Of a stretch of 64,000 bases of DNA, positions 25,606 through 55,497 are shown in pieces. The notes under the pieces were generated by a model, which worked only from the letters and a program-made list of their open reading frames with translations, had not been told where the DNA came from and ran no database searches. The stretch comes from Ranitomeya imitator. Its lineage: Eukaryota. Position 1 is the first letter of the stretch. Each line of letters begins with the position of its first letter. The translations under genes were made by a program, and so were the position numbers. The stretch is taken from NCBI RefSeq assembly GCF_032444005.1, contig NC_091290.1, positions 132,680,001 to 132,744,000 of the forward strand. Direction: 5' to 3'.

Positions 25606-28171
25606 TTAAGGGTATGTGCACATGTCAGGATTTCTTGCAGAAATTTTGACAAAAAAAACAGACATTTCTGCCCGAAATCCGCATGCGTTTATGCGCGTTT
25701 TGTGTCGGAGAGGTTTCACTGCTAGACTTCGCTCCATTCAGATGAGGCTCTTATGATCAGCGATCAATAAGTTATCCCCTGTCCTACCAATAAAACTCCT
25801 TTAAGAAAAAAAGCCACTTTAAAAAGTACAGGTGAATTAGGCAGGCAATATAGATAGGATTACTGCATAGCCCATATCTCAGAGGTAAATATTGTGCCTC
25901 ACCTATACACATAATAATGCTGCAGCACACGAGTCCTAATACTCCTAGCACAATGTTAATAGGTTTTGCCTTTCAATATTTTTTTTCTGGATAGTACCCA
26001 GCTAGACACCATAGCGCCCTAGTTTTCTGGCATCATTCAGGCCTTTAGGGGCCTATTCATTAAGGCTGGCATAGCGAACACACACTACGCCAGTCATGAT
26101 GGAGTACAGGAGGCGCCGATTTATTTAAGAGGCACTCACCACTTAATACATTATGTGTCTCTGCTGAGCGGCGCGCCTTGCGCCAGAAATGCTACTCTAG
26201 TCAAGGAATGGAGTAGTATTTCAGCGTAGAGAAGCAGGAAATTTGTATAAATGTGACAGGTGGGTGTTGGCATGCCCCCATTCTGGGGAACAGGAGCCAA
26301 ACTGCTAATATAAGTTTAAAAAAAAAGCCAAAAAAATTGCAGAATTATTTTTATCTTTTCAAGTTTTTCAAAGCTGTTCGACAGTTTTCTGACATAAAAG
26401 CTTTAATGAATTGTCCTGTTACTCTTTATTTTAGTCACAGACACAGCTCCATTTGAACAAAGAGGCCAAGTGTCGTACTAGCCAGCCAATGTGACAGGCA
26501 TCTCTGAGGTGACCAACATCAGCCCATCAAAAGAGGAAACGTGGCAAATCACCACTACACAACCTGGATCTCTCCATGAAGAGGCCTGCCGTCTCTATTT
26601 AGTCATATTTCTTGTTGAAACGCTATCGGGGTCAGGATACATTACAGCAAATGGCCTGCAGATGAAAGCACTTGGAGAAGTAGAACAGGTTATGCAGAGG
26701 CATAATGCGGTTACAGCATGATTCTAAACAAGCCAGACGATGTAAACAGCCTTCTATAATGGAAACCCTACAGTAATGGCAGAGCCTCAATATTGGCCAT
26801 TTATTTGTCAGCAGATACCAGCATTAGTATATGTATGACCAAACACGCTGAGCTCTTCCGTTCATGCATTTGATGAACGCTGCATGTGAAGCATACACTA
26901 GGATTATCAGGAATAGATTCCTTTCTGGCAGTACTTTGAGGCCTATGATAAAAAAAAAAAAAAAAAACTGTCGGGGAGGGGGGATAGAAAGGGGAGCAGA
27001 AAAGTGGATATTCAGGAAGAACCTAAAATAAAGCATTGTTAACCACAAGCAGTTTTCCGCCTTCTCTGTAAGATACTTCAACATCAGCCAGCGTTAAGAA
27101 GACAGGACTGGGCCGAGTGATAAAGTGTCTGCCAGAGCCAAACAAGGTACACAGTGCAACAAAACTGCAGCCGAGTAACACCCTGTACACAGACACCATG
27201 TACTTAAAGCAATGGCAGTAACCCTGTATTACGGCTACGGATTTAGGAGAATCATGGCTTGCTCACTGACTGCGGGTACAGAATATACCCACAGCGGTAT
27301 AAGGGAATCTGGTCTATGGGAATCTTTGAGGCTCTGTACCAATCAGAACAGTTGTACAGGTGTGTGTGTAAGAGCCCTAAGAGTAGACAGTTGGGTTGCG
27401 TCCCATAGGGCCCTGGGTAAAAATGTTTAATCTGGGCACCAGTCATTGCATATGCAAACACTGCTGAAATCCCAGGATAGAGACACAAACAGATCTCACT
27501 TCCTTCATATAGCAATGTGATAAGGTAGAAAAAGAGGATTTCCTTAAACTCCTGCCAACACATTCATAATACAGAAGGAAGGTTCTAACAAAACACAAGC
27601 CACCTCTAGCAGGTCTTGCTGATACTTCCAGTACCACAAGGAGAGCGACTCCCACTATCCTCAACAAAACGTTAGCACATTAGACACAGTCAGACAATCT
27701 TGGCCTCTAACCTGTGACATCACGTAGGGGATATAGTCAGTGGGCACGTCTGTCTAGTTAGTCTGAAAAAACGCAAGCCAACTTTGATCACTATGGATTT
27801 AAGGGGGGGGGGGGGGGAAATGGTGCATTTATTGGCCCATGTGGAACAACCATTGACACAATCCAATAAAAACACTTCTTTTTTTTGCATAGAATGTACT
27901 ATTATAGTGTGCTGCCTATTTTATTATTTTGTTTTGCACCAAAGGTTGGTGGGTTATATCCTGTGGGCTGCCAACTATACCTTAACATTTGCAGCTCCAT
28001 TTATTCCCCTTGTACTAAAATAAATACTTTTCATCCAAGTTTAAAAAAAAGTGATGTTTTTATTTTTGCACATCTTTAGCTAAACACTTTCTGGTATTTT
28101 AATGGAAATTGGGAATTAATCATCTGCAGAGACTTTGCATATCCCCCACCCTCCCAATCCTGAACAACTTA

Positions 28172-28564
28172 GGGTATGTGTCCATGGGCCGTATTACATC
28201 CAGAATAGCTGCGGATTGAACGCTGCGTAGAGCCGCAGCGTTCAATCCACAGCGTCTAATGTTACAGCACAGTGGAGGGGATTTTATGAAATCCCGTCTC
28301 CACTATGCGTGCGAACACGCACCCGGCGGCCTTGTGTTTCCGGACATGCGGCACGTCTTTTTAGAACGCAGCATGTCAGTTTACCTGGCGGCGACGCTGC
28401 GCTGTCGCAAGGTCAAGGTAAAACACAGGGCCCTATTTATGGGGTGCGGAGATTCCAGATGTGTGCAATGAACACATCCGGAATCACCGCGTCTACAGAA
28501 GGGAGCGGAGCGAGGTTTCCGCTCCGTCCAAAGCCCCGGCCATCCTGAACGTGGACACATACCC
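28172..28564. mobile_element. TWA-target MITE (GGGTATGTGTCCA)
   Basis: GGGTATGTGTCCA / TGGACACATACCC; flanks TTA and TAA. Confidence 0.8.
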
Positions 28565-29164
28565 TAACAGTACTGCAGACAGTAGTGACTTTAGCATGCC
28601 ACAAGATAATGACATCCCACTACTTGGGTCAAAGATTTATCAACAGGATCAAACAAGGTGTTGCCTAGAGCAATCAGATTTCAACTTTCATTTCACAGCA
28701 ACCATTTTGTTTTATTTGCCACCGTGATGTGCGGCCCCTAACTATGGACTACATGATGGTCCACATCAGCACATTACTATAGTGAATGATCAGAACCAGA
28801 AGTGAACCTCTACACGTAGGAGGTTTGATGTGGACTTTCCTAAGAAAATCTGCATTAAATTATGCACCTTATCCATATCAAAACCCAAAGCATTCTGCAA
28901 GATTTCTGCATGAAAATCTGCATGTGTCACAAGCAGAGTCTCGAGAATTTCACCCAAACAGTGTAAAGAGCGTAGAACCCAATGAATTCCCCAATATTTG
29001 TGCAATATGCAGGAGACATAAAACCTCACTAACTTAGACGGTACCACATTGGCCTGCGGACTTCCAACATATAAAAATCTTCAGTCATTTTCCCCTAATG
29101 ATCACTAGTTGGGACAAAAATCAACAATCAATGATGGCTAATCAAGAATCTGCAAACACTAGCG

Positions 29165-29845
29165 CATGCCCTCATCTCCCGCCTTGACTACTGCAACCTC
29201 CTGCTCTGTGGCCTCCCTTCTATACACTCTCGTACCCCTACAATCTATCCTAAACTCTGCTTCCCGACTAATCCACCTGTCCCCCCTCTATTCTCAAGTC
29301 TCCCCTCTGTCAATCCCTTCACTGGTTCCCCACTGCACAGAGACTCCAGGTCAAAACCCTAACCATGACATACAAAGCCATCCACAAACTGTCCCTTCCA
29401 TAGATCTGTGACCAAGTCTCCTGGTACTTACCTGCACACAACCTCCGATCCTCACAAGATCTTTCACTACTATATCTTTCTTATCTCCTCTTCCAACAAT
29501 CGCATGCTCGATTTTTCCTGTGCATGTGATTCCCCCCTACTGGAACTCTGCCCCAACATATCAGACTCTTGCTTACCCTTTAAAACCTTCAAAGGGAACC
29601 TGAAGACCCACCTCTTCCGAAAAAAAATCTACAACCTGCAGTATACCCTCCTTCCACCATTCTGCTGCACGACCAGCTCTACCCTCACCCATCCCTTGCA
29701 GACAGTGAGCCCTTGCAGGCAGGGTCCTTTCTCCTCTTGTACCAGTCAATGACTTGTGTTGTTCAAGGTTAATTGTACTTGCTTTTTATTATGTATACCC
29801 CTCTTCACATGCAAAGCAGCATGGAATAAATGGCGCTATAACAAA
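29165..29845 (+). mobile_element. 5'-truncated L2 LINE 3' fragment
   Basis: Opens with ALISRLDYCNLL.CGLP-like coding remnant; ends gcatggaataaatggcgctata tail. Confidence 0.8.
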
Positions 29846-31344
29846 AATACAATGGCTTTGGCCAACTCGCTGTGAAGAACAATATTGGCCTCATCAACAC
29901 ACACTATCCAATGCGCCAACAATCGTAATACAGGTCCCTTATGGCCCAATATCATGGCTGTCCTGGGCACCTATAAGGGCCAATATCAACTGTACTGTGT
30001 ATGACTACGTTGCCGAACAATGGCACACCGGACAGATACGCGTTCTACTTTTTTCTACCGTGTAGGACTACCAGGAATTATCTAAAAATTAAAATACTCT
30101 TCCCTTGGTCACTGAGCAGCGGCCCTATAGGTCTTTGTTTACAAGCACCCAGGACTCATATGCTGGGCTACTAGCACAATGGCACAGTGCTGATGCCAAT
30201 AGCATGTGAACAGAACCCAACCAGACAACAACATCATGATCTGATTAGGATGAGATGATGCAAAAAGTGATGGCTTTTACCAACCGTCTAACAGCCACAA
30301 ACAAGGTTAACAGGCTGTGTTGTGCGCATCGGTCTGCGCCGGTGCTACATGTGACTGCTGAAACCCACTGATTGTAAACAACGGCTGACTCCTCCAACCA
30401 GATAGATGTGGATAATGCGCCGTACGTCATCTGCAGAACCCTGCGCGGTTGAAGGGCAATGCAAGCCTGTATTTCAACTGTGCAAGGCATGTAGGGATCT
30501 GTGGAAGATGTACGACGTGTCATCCACATCTATGGAGGTACAGACCCCAGACGCGCACTGAACTGGATCGTGCCAATAACATGGTTCAAACTTATTTTTT
30601 TTTTTTAGATATGCATTGGGGAGGGCCTATAAACATATTGATGTGCTGCTGTAATAGACCAATTAACTGTGGTGGGGAAAACCTGGTGACAGGTTACCTT
30701 TAAGAAGCTGGATAACCTCTTTAAAGCAGTAACATCCTCTACATAAGTGATAACTCATTGAACAATGTGGGAAAAACACAGACCCCCAATGACCCCGAGA
30801 GCCAGGCTCATATCAAATTGTGTTGATAGGGTGCCGAGTGGGATACTGAATGCTTGGACCTCCAGAGATCCCAAGAACAGAGCCCCATCTGGAATTGTGT
30901 AAATGTACCAGATACCCCATAATGGTGGAGATTGGGGGGGTCTCAGCACTCAGTAAAAAAATCCAGAGATCTAAAAGAAGAGAGCCCAATCCTGAATGGT
31001 GTAGAGGTACCCAAGACCCCCAAAAGATGAAGATATGGAGATTTCGTACTGAGTGCTGGGACCCCCAGAGATCCCAAGAACAGAGCACCATCCTGAAAGG
31101 TATAACTGTGCCCAACACCCCTGGAAACAGCCAAGTGGGATGAATGGCGTGGAAGACATAAACACCCCCGTTATTGAGGTCACTGGGGGCCCCAAGCAAT
31201 CAGAAAGTTACCAAACACCTTATGGAGAATAATCCACAGAAACGTCTCCAGATTCAATCCCCGACCACCCAAGAAGAAAAAAAAAAAAAACACAACAACA
31301 ACACCAGCACCACATAATGGGAATCCCAGAGCTGCAGCCAAGCT

Positions 31345-31960
31345 GCTCCCCCCCAGGATGCCATGATGGAGGCTGCGCCCCCCCCCCAGGATGCCATGAT
31401 GGAGGCTGCGCTCCCCCCCAGGATGCCATGATGGAGGCTGCGCTCCCCCCCAGGATGCCATGATGGAGGCTGCGCTCCCCCCCAGGATGCCATGATGGAG
31501 GCTGCGCTCCCCCCCAGGATGCCATGATGGAGGCTGCGCTCCCCCCCAGGATGCCATGATGGAGGCTGCGCTCCCCCCCAGGATGCCATGATGGAGGCTG
31601 CGCTCCCCCCCAGGATGCCATGATGGAGGCTGCGCTCCCCCCCAGGATGCCATGATGGAGGCTGCGCTCCCCCCCAGGATGCCATGATGGAGGCTGCGCT
31701 CCCCCCCAGGATGCCATGATGGAGGCTGCGCTCCCCCCCAGGATGCCATGATGGAGGCTGCGCTCCCCCCCAGGATGCCATGATGGAGGCTGCGCTCCCC
31801 CCCAGGATGCCATGATGGAGGCTGCGCTCCCCTAGGATGCCATGATGGAGGCTGCGCTCCCCCCCAGGATGCCATGATGGAGGCTGCGCTCCCCCCCAGG
31901 ATGCCATGATGGAGGCTGCGCTCCCCCCCAGGATGCCATGATGGAGGCTGCGCTCCCCCC
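31345..31960 (-). repeat. 32-bp minisatellite, ~19 near-identical units, at the start of the minus-strand first intron
   Basis: Plus-strand unit CCCCCCCAGGATGCCATGATGGAGGCTGCGCT; a G7 run every 32 nt on the minus strand. Confidence 0.97.
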
Positions 31961-31975
31961 AGCCCAGGCTCTTAC

Positions 31976-32500
31976 CGTGCTCGCTGCTCTCCGGACGGGC
32001 GGTGATCAGTCCCGACTCCCTGGCGGTTGGGGCCCCGCGGTGTTCGGACCGGTTCTGAGGAGGAGGAGGAGGGAGGGAAGGCCGCGAACTTGCGCATGGA
32101 CCCAGCGGGGACCGCGGCCTACCTCCCCCTCCTCCCCTCCTCCGGTAACCGGGATGGAAGTGTGGGGGGGAGGGGAACGGAAACCAGCGACAGCCGATAA
32201 CCCAACGTGTGAGCCGGGGAGGGGGCGGCTGCGAGGCTTCTCCTGAACAGCAGCGTCCGGTAAACGAGGTCCTTACAGGAAAAAGGGGAGGGGAAAAAAA
32301 AGGCCCAAAATGAGGTAAAGGTGACCAAAAACACGGAGAGGCTGAGTCCCGAACGCGCGGTCAACGGTGGTGGTGGGGGAGGCGGAGCCCCCCGCTGCCG
32401 GTTGTTTCTCCTCAGAGGCCGCTCCCGTGCGCGCCCCCAAACGCTTGCATCGCGAGCTGCTTCTACGCGCCCTTTGACTCCACCAAGGCGCGCTCCCCGG
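31976..32500 (-). other. ANKRD11: Putative first (5'-leader) exon of ANKRD11
   Basis: CpG-rich segment ending at minus-strand donor GAGCACG|GTAAGA (31976/31975). Head-to-head with SPG7 as at human 16q24.3. 5' boundary approximate; identity from synteny only. Confidence 0.55.
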
Positions 32501-32790
32501 GAGAGAAGAAAGTGGGCGGGAAGGAGGCAACGTGACGCGCTCTCCTATTGGCCGACGCCTCAGCGACTGGCTGCCTTGGCGACTCTCATTGGTCTAGTGA
32601 CGCTACGGTCAGATGCGGAGGTGGGAGGAGTTAGAAAGAAGAGGGCGCGAGAAAGGGGGCGGGGCGCTGCTGCCATCTCTTCCCTGCTTCTGTTGTGTGT
32701 ATGTTGGGAGTGACGTCGGCGATAAGGGCGGGGCTAAACCTTATCTGTCAATCTTAAATATATACTGTATGCTGATTGGTCTGATCTCCT
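32500..32790 (-). promoter_or_regulatory. TATA-less CpG-island promoter
   Basis: CCAAT boxes on the minus strand (ATTGG at 32547, 32588, 32775), GC boxes (GGGCGG at ~32514, 32657, 32726) and CRE-like TGACG sites. Confidence 0.75.
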
Positions 32791-33737
32791 TCTGTTGCTA
32801 TACAGACACTGTCCCGCCCCTTTACTGCACATGACTGAGGCCATACCATGTACATAGCATGTGAACATCATACCTGAGGGTTTAGTAAGTTTTAAGGGGG
32901 TGGTCCACTTTTGCAACCTTTTTACTTAAATGGTGGGAGCGTGGTTGGACCAGGAGGCACGAGACACTAGTCCTGCAGTGATAATCTCCTGCTGATAAAA
33001 CACTGATTGTATTGAAACAACAAAGCACAACCTAGTAAGTGGCACATCGCTGGAATCAGGGTCTCTTCCTCTACATCAGATTATATAGATGACTCTGCCC
33101 TGGTTCCCACGGACCCATGATACCTGGTTTTGGACTGTAATCACATTTTTTCAGATGAACCAAGGTCTTTTTAATCTTAGTTATGACCTTGCTTGTCAAC
33201 TGTGCTCAGAATCCTTGAAGACATCTTGCTATCATCAGTGGAGAGCTGAAACCACCGAAGCCAAGGACAGCTGGAATGACCATGCATCTTATCCCGACTA
33301 TTTGGGCCCGTGCCCGAATGTTGGAAACTTACCCCACTGAAGACGGAGACAGAAGGACGTCGTGTTACTCCATTCAGGAGGTTTCCAAAACTTGTTCTAA
33401 GGTCATTTTCCATCTTCAAGGTCAAGATGAGAGACCCCACAGCAATCCTCCCGAGATCATCTATCCATCTTAAAGTCCTGGATTGCCCTCTTAAAGGGAT
33501 TGATTCAACATATTCAATGGGTAAAATTGCAAAGGCCTTGTAAATGCACGTCTGGTCTTATCCTTAGGGTGCAGTAAGTAACGCGCTCCTTGCCCAGGCT
33601 CCTAGCTATCACTGATTGACTGCAGCGGTGACCTGAGAACTGAGCAATAAGCAATAACATTCTTTGAGAATGAAGAGGATTTAAAAAAAAACAAGTAAAT
33701 TTCAATGTTTCTTGTTTTTATTATTTTATTTATTTGT

Positions 33738-33903
33738 TATGCTTATATATATATATATAGCGGCATCATATTCCACAGCGCTTTACAGGCATTATCATCT
33801 CTGTCCCCATCGGGGCTCATACACTCCCGATCACTCTGTCTCTGGAGTGTGGGAGGAAACCGGAGAACCTGGAGGAAACTCACGCAAACACGGGGAGAAC
33901 ATA
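33738..33903 (-). mobile_element. V-SINE-like 3' fragment
   Basis: Reverse complement of gtatgttctccccgtgtttgcgtgagtttcctcc core and gcgctgtggaatatgatgccgctatata tail; same family as 35098-35384. Confidence 0.75.
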
Positions 33904-33949
33904 CGATGACGATGAGACTATATACACTGTATACAGCTATATCCATTAC

Positions 33950-34200
33950 ACGGCAGGTGGTCGGTGTCGACCACCTCTAGCTCTACGTTATTGGGGGACG
34001 GTATTACTGGACGCGTTACGTCACTGGTCACATCGCCTTTTTCTTCCTGTTTTTGTCACGAGACTCCGCCGGATGTAACCTTACATATAATACAAAACAC
34101 GGCCTGTTATTAGTTATAGTGCGGCGCCACCTGTCTTTCGGTTGCACAAGTTCCATCATATTCCCACGGACACTCGCTCTGGGGGACCGCGAATCTGAGG
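33950..34200. promoter_or_regulatory. Small CpG-rich unique segment, candidate SPG7 promoter or enhancer
   Basis: TTACGTCA (CRE/ATF-like), CTTCCTG and CCGGATGT (ETS-like) among CpGs. Function is inference. Confidence 0.3.
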
Positions 34201-34299
34201 ATTTTTACTAGCATCATTTATATTCCCTAGCAGACACACACACCCCACTGGGGAGCAGCCCGCTATTATGGGGGTTGTCCACTACTTTATATTAATTAA

Positions 34300-35700
34300 G
34301 ACGTCATGGGACCGCTGCAGCCAATTAGTTCCTCTTTCAGTGAGAGACGTCATGGGACTGCTGCAGCCAATTCGATTCTTTTTTTTTTTGAGTGGGAGAT
34401 GTCAAGGGACCACTGCAGCCAATCAGCTTCCTTTTCCAGTGGGGGATGATAGGGGACCACTGCAGCCAATTAGCTTCCTTTTCCAGTGGGGAATGTTAAG
34501 GGACCACTGCAGCCAATTAGTTTCCTTTTCCAGTGGGGAATTTTAGGGGACCACTGCAGTCAATTAAGTTTTTTTTGTGGCTTGAGACACCTGATGACCG
34601 CTACAGCCAATTCGCTTCCTCTTTCAGTGGGTGGGGGACGTCATGGGACCGCTGCAGCCAATTAGATTCTTTTTCAAGTGGGGGATGTTAGAGGACCACT
34701 GCAGCTAATTAAATTATTTTTCCAGTGGGAGATGTTAGGGGACCACTGCAGTCAATTAGGTTTCTTTTGTGGCTTGGGACACATGGTGACCGCTGCAGCC
34801 AATTAGCTTCCTTTTTCAGTGGGGACGGCGTGGGACCACTTCAGCCAATTAGCTTACTTTAACAGTAGGGAATGTTAGGGGACCACTGCAGTCACTTAGG
34901 TTTCTTTTGCGACTTGGGACAACTGGTGACCGCTGCAGCCAATTAGCTTACTTTTACAGTAGGGAATGTTAGGGGACCACTGCAGTCACTTAGGTTTCTG
35001 TTGCGACTTGGGACAACTGGTGACCGCTGCAGCCAATTAGCTTACTTTTACAGTAGGGAATGTTAGGGGACCACTGCAGTCACTTAGGTTTCTTTTGGGC
35101 AGCACGGTGGCGCAGTGGTTAGCACTACAGCCTTGCAGTGCTGGGGTCCTGGGTTCTAGTCCCACCCAGGACAACATCTGCAAAGAGTTTGTATGTTCTC
35201 TCCGTGTTTGCGTGGGTTTTCTCCGGGCACTCCGGTTTCCTCCCACATTCCAAAGACATACTGATAGGAATTCTAGATTGTGAGCCCAATCGGGGACAGT
35301 GATGATAATGTGTGCAAAAACTGTAAAGCGCTGCGGAATATGTTAGCGCTATATAAAAATAGAGATTATTTATTTATTTATTTTGCAACTTGGGACAACT
35401 GGTGACCGCTGCAGCCAATTAGCTTACTTTTTCAGCAGGGGACGTCTGGTTAAGGCTGCAGCCAATTAGATTCCTCTTTTAGTGGGGGACATCAAGTGAC
35501 CGCTGCAGACAATTAGCTTCCTCTTTTGGCGGTGGGATGTCTGGTTACCCCTGCAGACAATTAGCTTCCTTTTCCATTTGGGGATTTCAGGGGACTGCTG
35601 CAGCTGATTAGCTTTCTTTTCCAGCAGGAGACATAAGATGACCGCTGCAGACAATTACCTTTCTCTTCTTGGGGGGGCGTCTGGTGACTGCTGCAGTCAA
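34300..35700 (+). repeat. Degenerate ~45-75-bp minisatellite with a GGGACC(A/G)CTGCAGCCAATTAG core
   Basis: Roughly 20 recurrences of ctgcag(c/t)caatt(a/c)g; interrupted by a SINE. Confidence 0.85.
35098..35384 (+). mobile_element. Full-length tRNA-derived SINE (V-SINE-like, L2-type tail)
   Basis: Pol III A box TGGCGCAGTGG (35108-35118), B box GGTTCTAGTCC (35152-35162), V-domain GTATGTTCTCTCCGTGTTTGCGTGGGTTT, (TTTA)n tail. Confidence 0.85.
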
Positions 35701-36202
35701 TTATCTTCTACTGCTGGGGGCTGTCAGGTTTACCCTCCCTGACCCACCAAATTCTCCTTCCCCCACAAAAAGAAGTGATAAAAAATTTTGTATGGACCCA
35801 AAATAGAGGCAATAAAAACCACAGCTAGGGCCGCTAAAGTCTGATACACTCTGTCTACCGAAAACTGAAAAAAAAAGTCATGGCTCCCAAACTTTGGTGA
35901 CTTCAGGCATTTTTTTTTTCAAGTTTTTTTTTACATATTAATTTTTTAAATAGTTAAAAAAAAGGTCAATAAAGAAAAAGAAAACACCTGGTCCTAAAGG
36001 GGTTAACACCAGGCCATTATAACATGGAGCATATTATAAGGATTTATTACAGGACGATGAGGAGCAGTGATGGCGCCTCCTCCGGTGACGGCTCCTGGGC
36101 TGCGGCTTCTGCTGACAGTGGGCGGGCAGATACCTCGGAAGCCTGTGCTCAGTCACTAGGCCGCGGAGAAGCCTCGGCCTCGATTATCAGCCCGGCCCAC
36201 GC

Positions 36203-53229
<17,027 letters not shown>

Positions 53230-53597
53230 AAAAAATGACTGCTACAACCCAAATTCAGGCATCTGTGCGGCACGGACCGGCCACTGGTCTCCTGACTCAA
53301 ACTTGACAGCTTCTTGGGCATATATGAGACCCCGTGGCGTTTGCATCAGGAGACCAGTGGCCGGTCTGTACTCAGACCCTGATGGGGTTCCCACGTGGCA
53401 GATTTGCTGCAGACGTTAATGTGACTAGTCCATTTATATCAGAGGCTTCCAAAAATCCTTGCACCTGCAGAAGAAACCATCCCATTGAGATGAATGCAAT
53501 ATATGTACATACCATTGCACCTATGCAGGGGTAAAAACCTCACTTGGAGTTTTGCATTTTTTATTTAATATAACAGATTAAAGTTGTAATTTTTGTG

Positions 53598-53603
53598 AAT
53601 AAA
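53598..53603 (+). terminator. Candidate proximal SPG7 polyadenylation signal AATAAA
   Basis: AATAAA ~370 nt after the stop, with ATTAAA just upstream; a second candidate lies at 55298. Confidence 0.45.
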
Positions 53604-54109
53604 AAAAAAACAAATTAAATGTATTTATTGTATTTAATTTATGGAGAAAACAGTTGATTTTTGTGACCAGCCAATTGAGGGGTTGTCCGCCCACAAGGAG
53701 CTGATTTCGCTGGACCTGGGTAAGCTGGTTATTTACAGCAGACAACTCCTTCAACCCTTTAAGGATTGGATGATGATTATTATTATTTTTAATTAATATT
53801 TTTACACTTTCGTTTTTATCCTTCACTTCTTTAAAAGCTGTAATTTTATTGTTTTCATTTACAGATGTATGACGGCTTTTTTTTTTTTTTTGAAGGACAA
53901 GTTGTAGTTCTTAAATGACAACCATTCATTTTAATTATACAACATACTGAAAAGCGGGGAAAAAATCCAAGTGGATTATAATGGTGAAAAAAAATGCAAT
54001 TTTGCCATTAATTTGTGTTTTTTGTTGCTGTTTTTTTACACTATTTATTGTGTGGTGAAAACTACTTGAAGCTTTAGGTCACTATGATTACTGCATGATT
54101 TAATGCTAA

Positions 54110-54528
54110 GGCCAGAGTCACACTATGGTATGGCTAATGACCCTGGGCTCCAGCACTGCTGCGAGCGTGATCCGAGTGTCAGTGCTCCAATCCTTTCGCA
54201 TGGCAGGATCGGTGCACTGGAGTGGAGGAGACGGAGAAATTAATTTCTCCATTGTCGACGGAAATCGAACTGCACTCGGGTGATATCCGAGTGCAGTGTG
54301 ATGTTTCACACGTACCCATAGACTTGTATGGGTGAGGGCGATCCGACTCTCGGATGCAATCACATCATGCCGCCCAACTGGCAATTAATTAATAATTAAA
54401 TAATTATTAATTAATAAATTAATTCAGATATAAGCTGCCCCATAGTATAAGAGTGGGCCGAGTGCAGTCTGAATTTTTTTATTATTGGATTGCACTTGTC
54501 AGATTACATCGCAAGTGTGCGCGAGCCC
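54110..54528. mobile_element. Degenerate TWA-target MITE
   Basis: GGCCAGAGTCACACT / AGTGTGCGCGAGCCC imperfect TIR; TAA on both sides. Confidence 0.55.
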
Positions 54529-55329
54529 TAAAGGTTGAAAAACAAAAAATAAAAACAGAGGGGAGCAAAATGTTTATGGTCACCATTTTCTGAGACATTC
54601 TGAGACTTTGGGGGGCAATTTTGCTATGTGAGAGCTCGTTTTCTTTTGTGGCCGGATTCTGGTAGTACTGATTGTTTTTTTTTTGTTTGTTTGTTTTTTT
54701 TGTAATGTTTTGTTCTTATGATTTTTTTTCTTCTTTCAAATAAGTGCAACAGTGGAAAATTTAGTTGTTTTTTTCCCTCCCTATTTATAGCATTTTAATT
54801 GTTGAAATAGTCATTTGACTTTTTATAAATTTTTTTCATACTTTTAAAACTTTGTTTTGGGGGGGGGGGGGGGGGGGGGAGGGGTTGTCCTCTTAAAGGA
54901 CGTAACCCTGCGGCTGCTGATCACGCGTTCTGTATACTGCCATTGCACAGTATTGCAGTGTACATGGAGATGGTGGTCTCTGATGAAGCCCAGTCTAAAC
55001 AGGCGTAACAAAATAGCTAGAGATGAGTGAACCTGAATTGTAAAGTTCGGGGTTCGTAGCGGACACTTAGCGTCTAGTGTTGAACTCCGAATACACGGAC
55101 GTCCATGGAGAGAGAGTTATAGCATCAAAGTTCGGGTCCCCATTGACTTTTATGGGGTTTGGTAGTGTTCTGATACTGGAACCAAAGTTCGCTCAAACTG
55201 GAGGAACCTGAAAACACATATCTACAATAATAATTTTATTGCCATTTTCTGTAATCAAATTTTATTGATTCATGAACATAATTAACTGTAACGTGTCAAT
55301 AAAGTTTTGTTTGCGTTCACTCATCCGGC

Positions 55330-55497
55330 TCCTCCATCTTTAGTGCGGGCACGCCGTAGTTACTGGCGGAAGTGAACGTTCCTTTACGCGTCTTCTGATT
55401 GGCCGTCGGCATTTCTTACTTGTGATTGGCGCCAGCGCATCATATCCCATACTGCACCGGGCGCTTTCTTCCTTTCGGCCATTTTCTCCCCACAGAG
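55330..55497 (+). promoter_or_regulatory. RPL13: RPL13 promoter and non-coding exon 1 with 5'TOP tract
   Basis: ETS/GABP site GGCGGAAGTG (55365-55374), reverse CCAAT boxes, pyrimidine tract CTTTCTTCCTTTC (55464-55476), YY1-like GCCATTTT, donor GAG|GTATGT at 55497/55498. Confidence 0.85.

Noticed and set aside
31180-31907. 197-231 aa MASWGGAQPPSWHPGG repeat ORFs
   Set aside because: Translations of the 32-bp minisatellite in all three frames.
33089-33543. Cluster of overlapping 65-87 aa ORFs near the promoter
   Set aside because: No recognisable domain or splice structure; probably an old repeat remnant that I cannot assign.
35098-35170. tRNA gene
   Set aside because: A and B boxes are present, but the sequence continues into a SINE body and tail with no convincing cloverleaf or oligo-T terminator.
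54980-55009. Hammerhead-like CTGATGAAGCC...GGCGTAAC
   Set aside because: GTAAC replaces the essential GAAAC, and no stem I/III or cleavage triplet can be formed.
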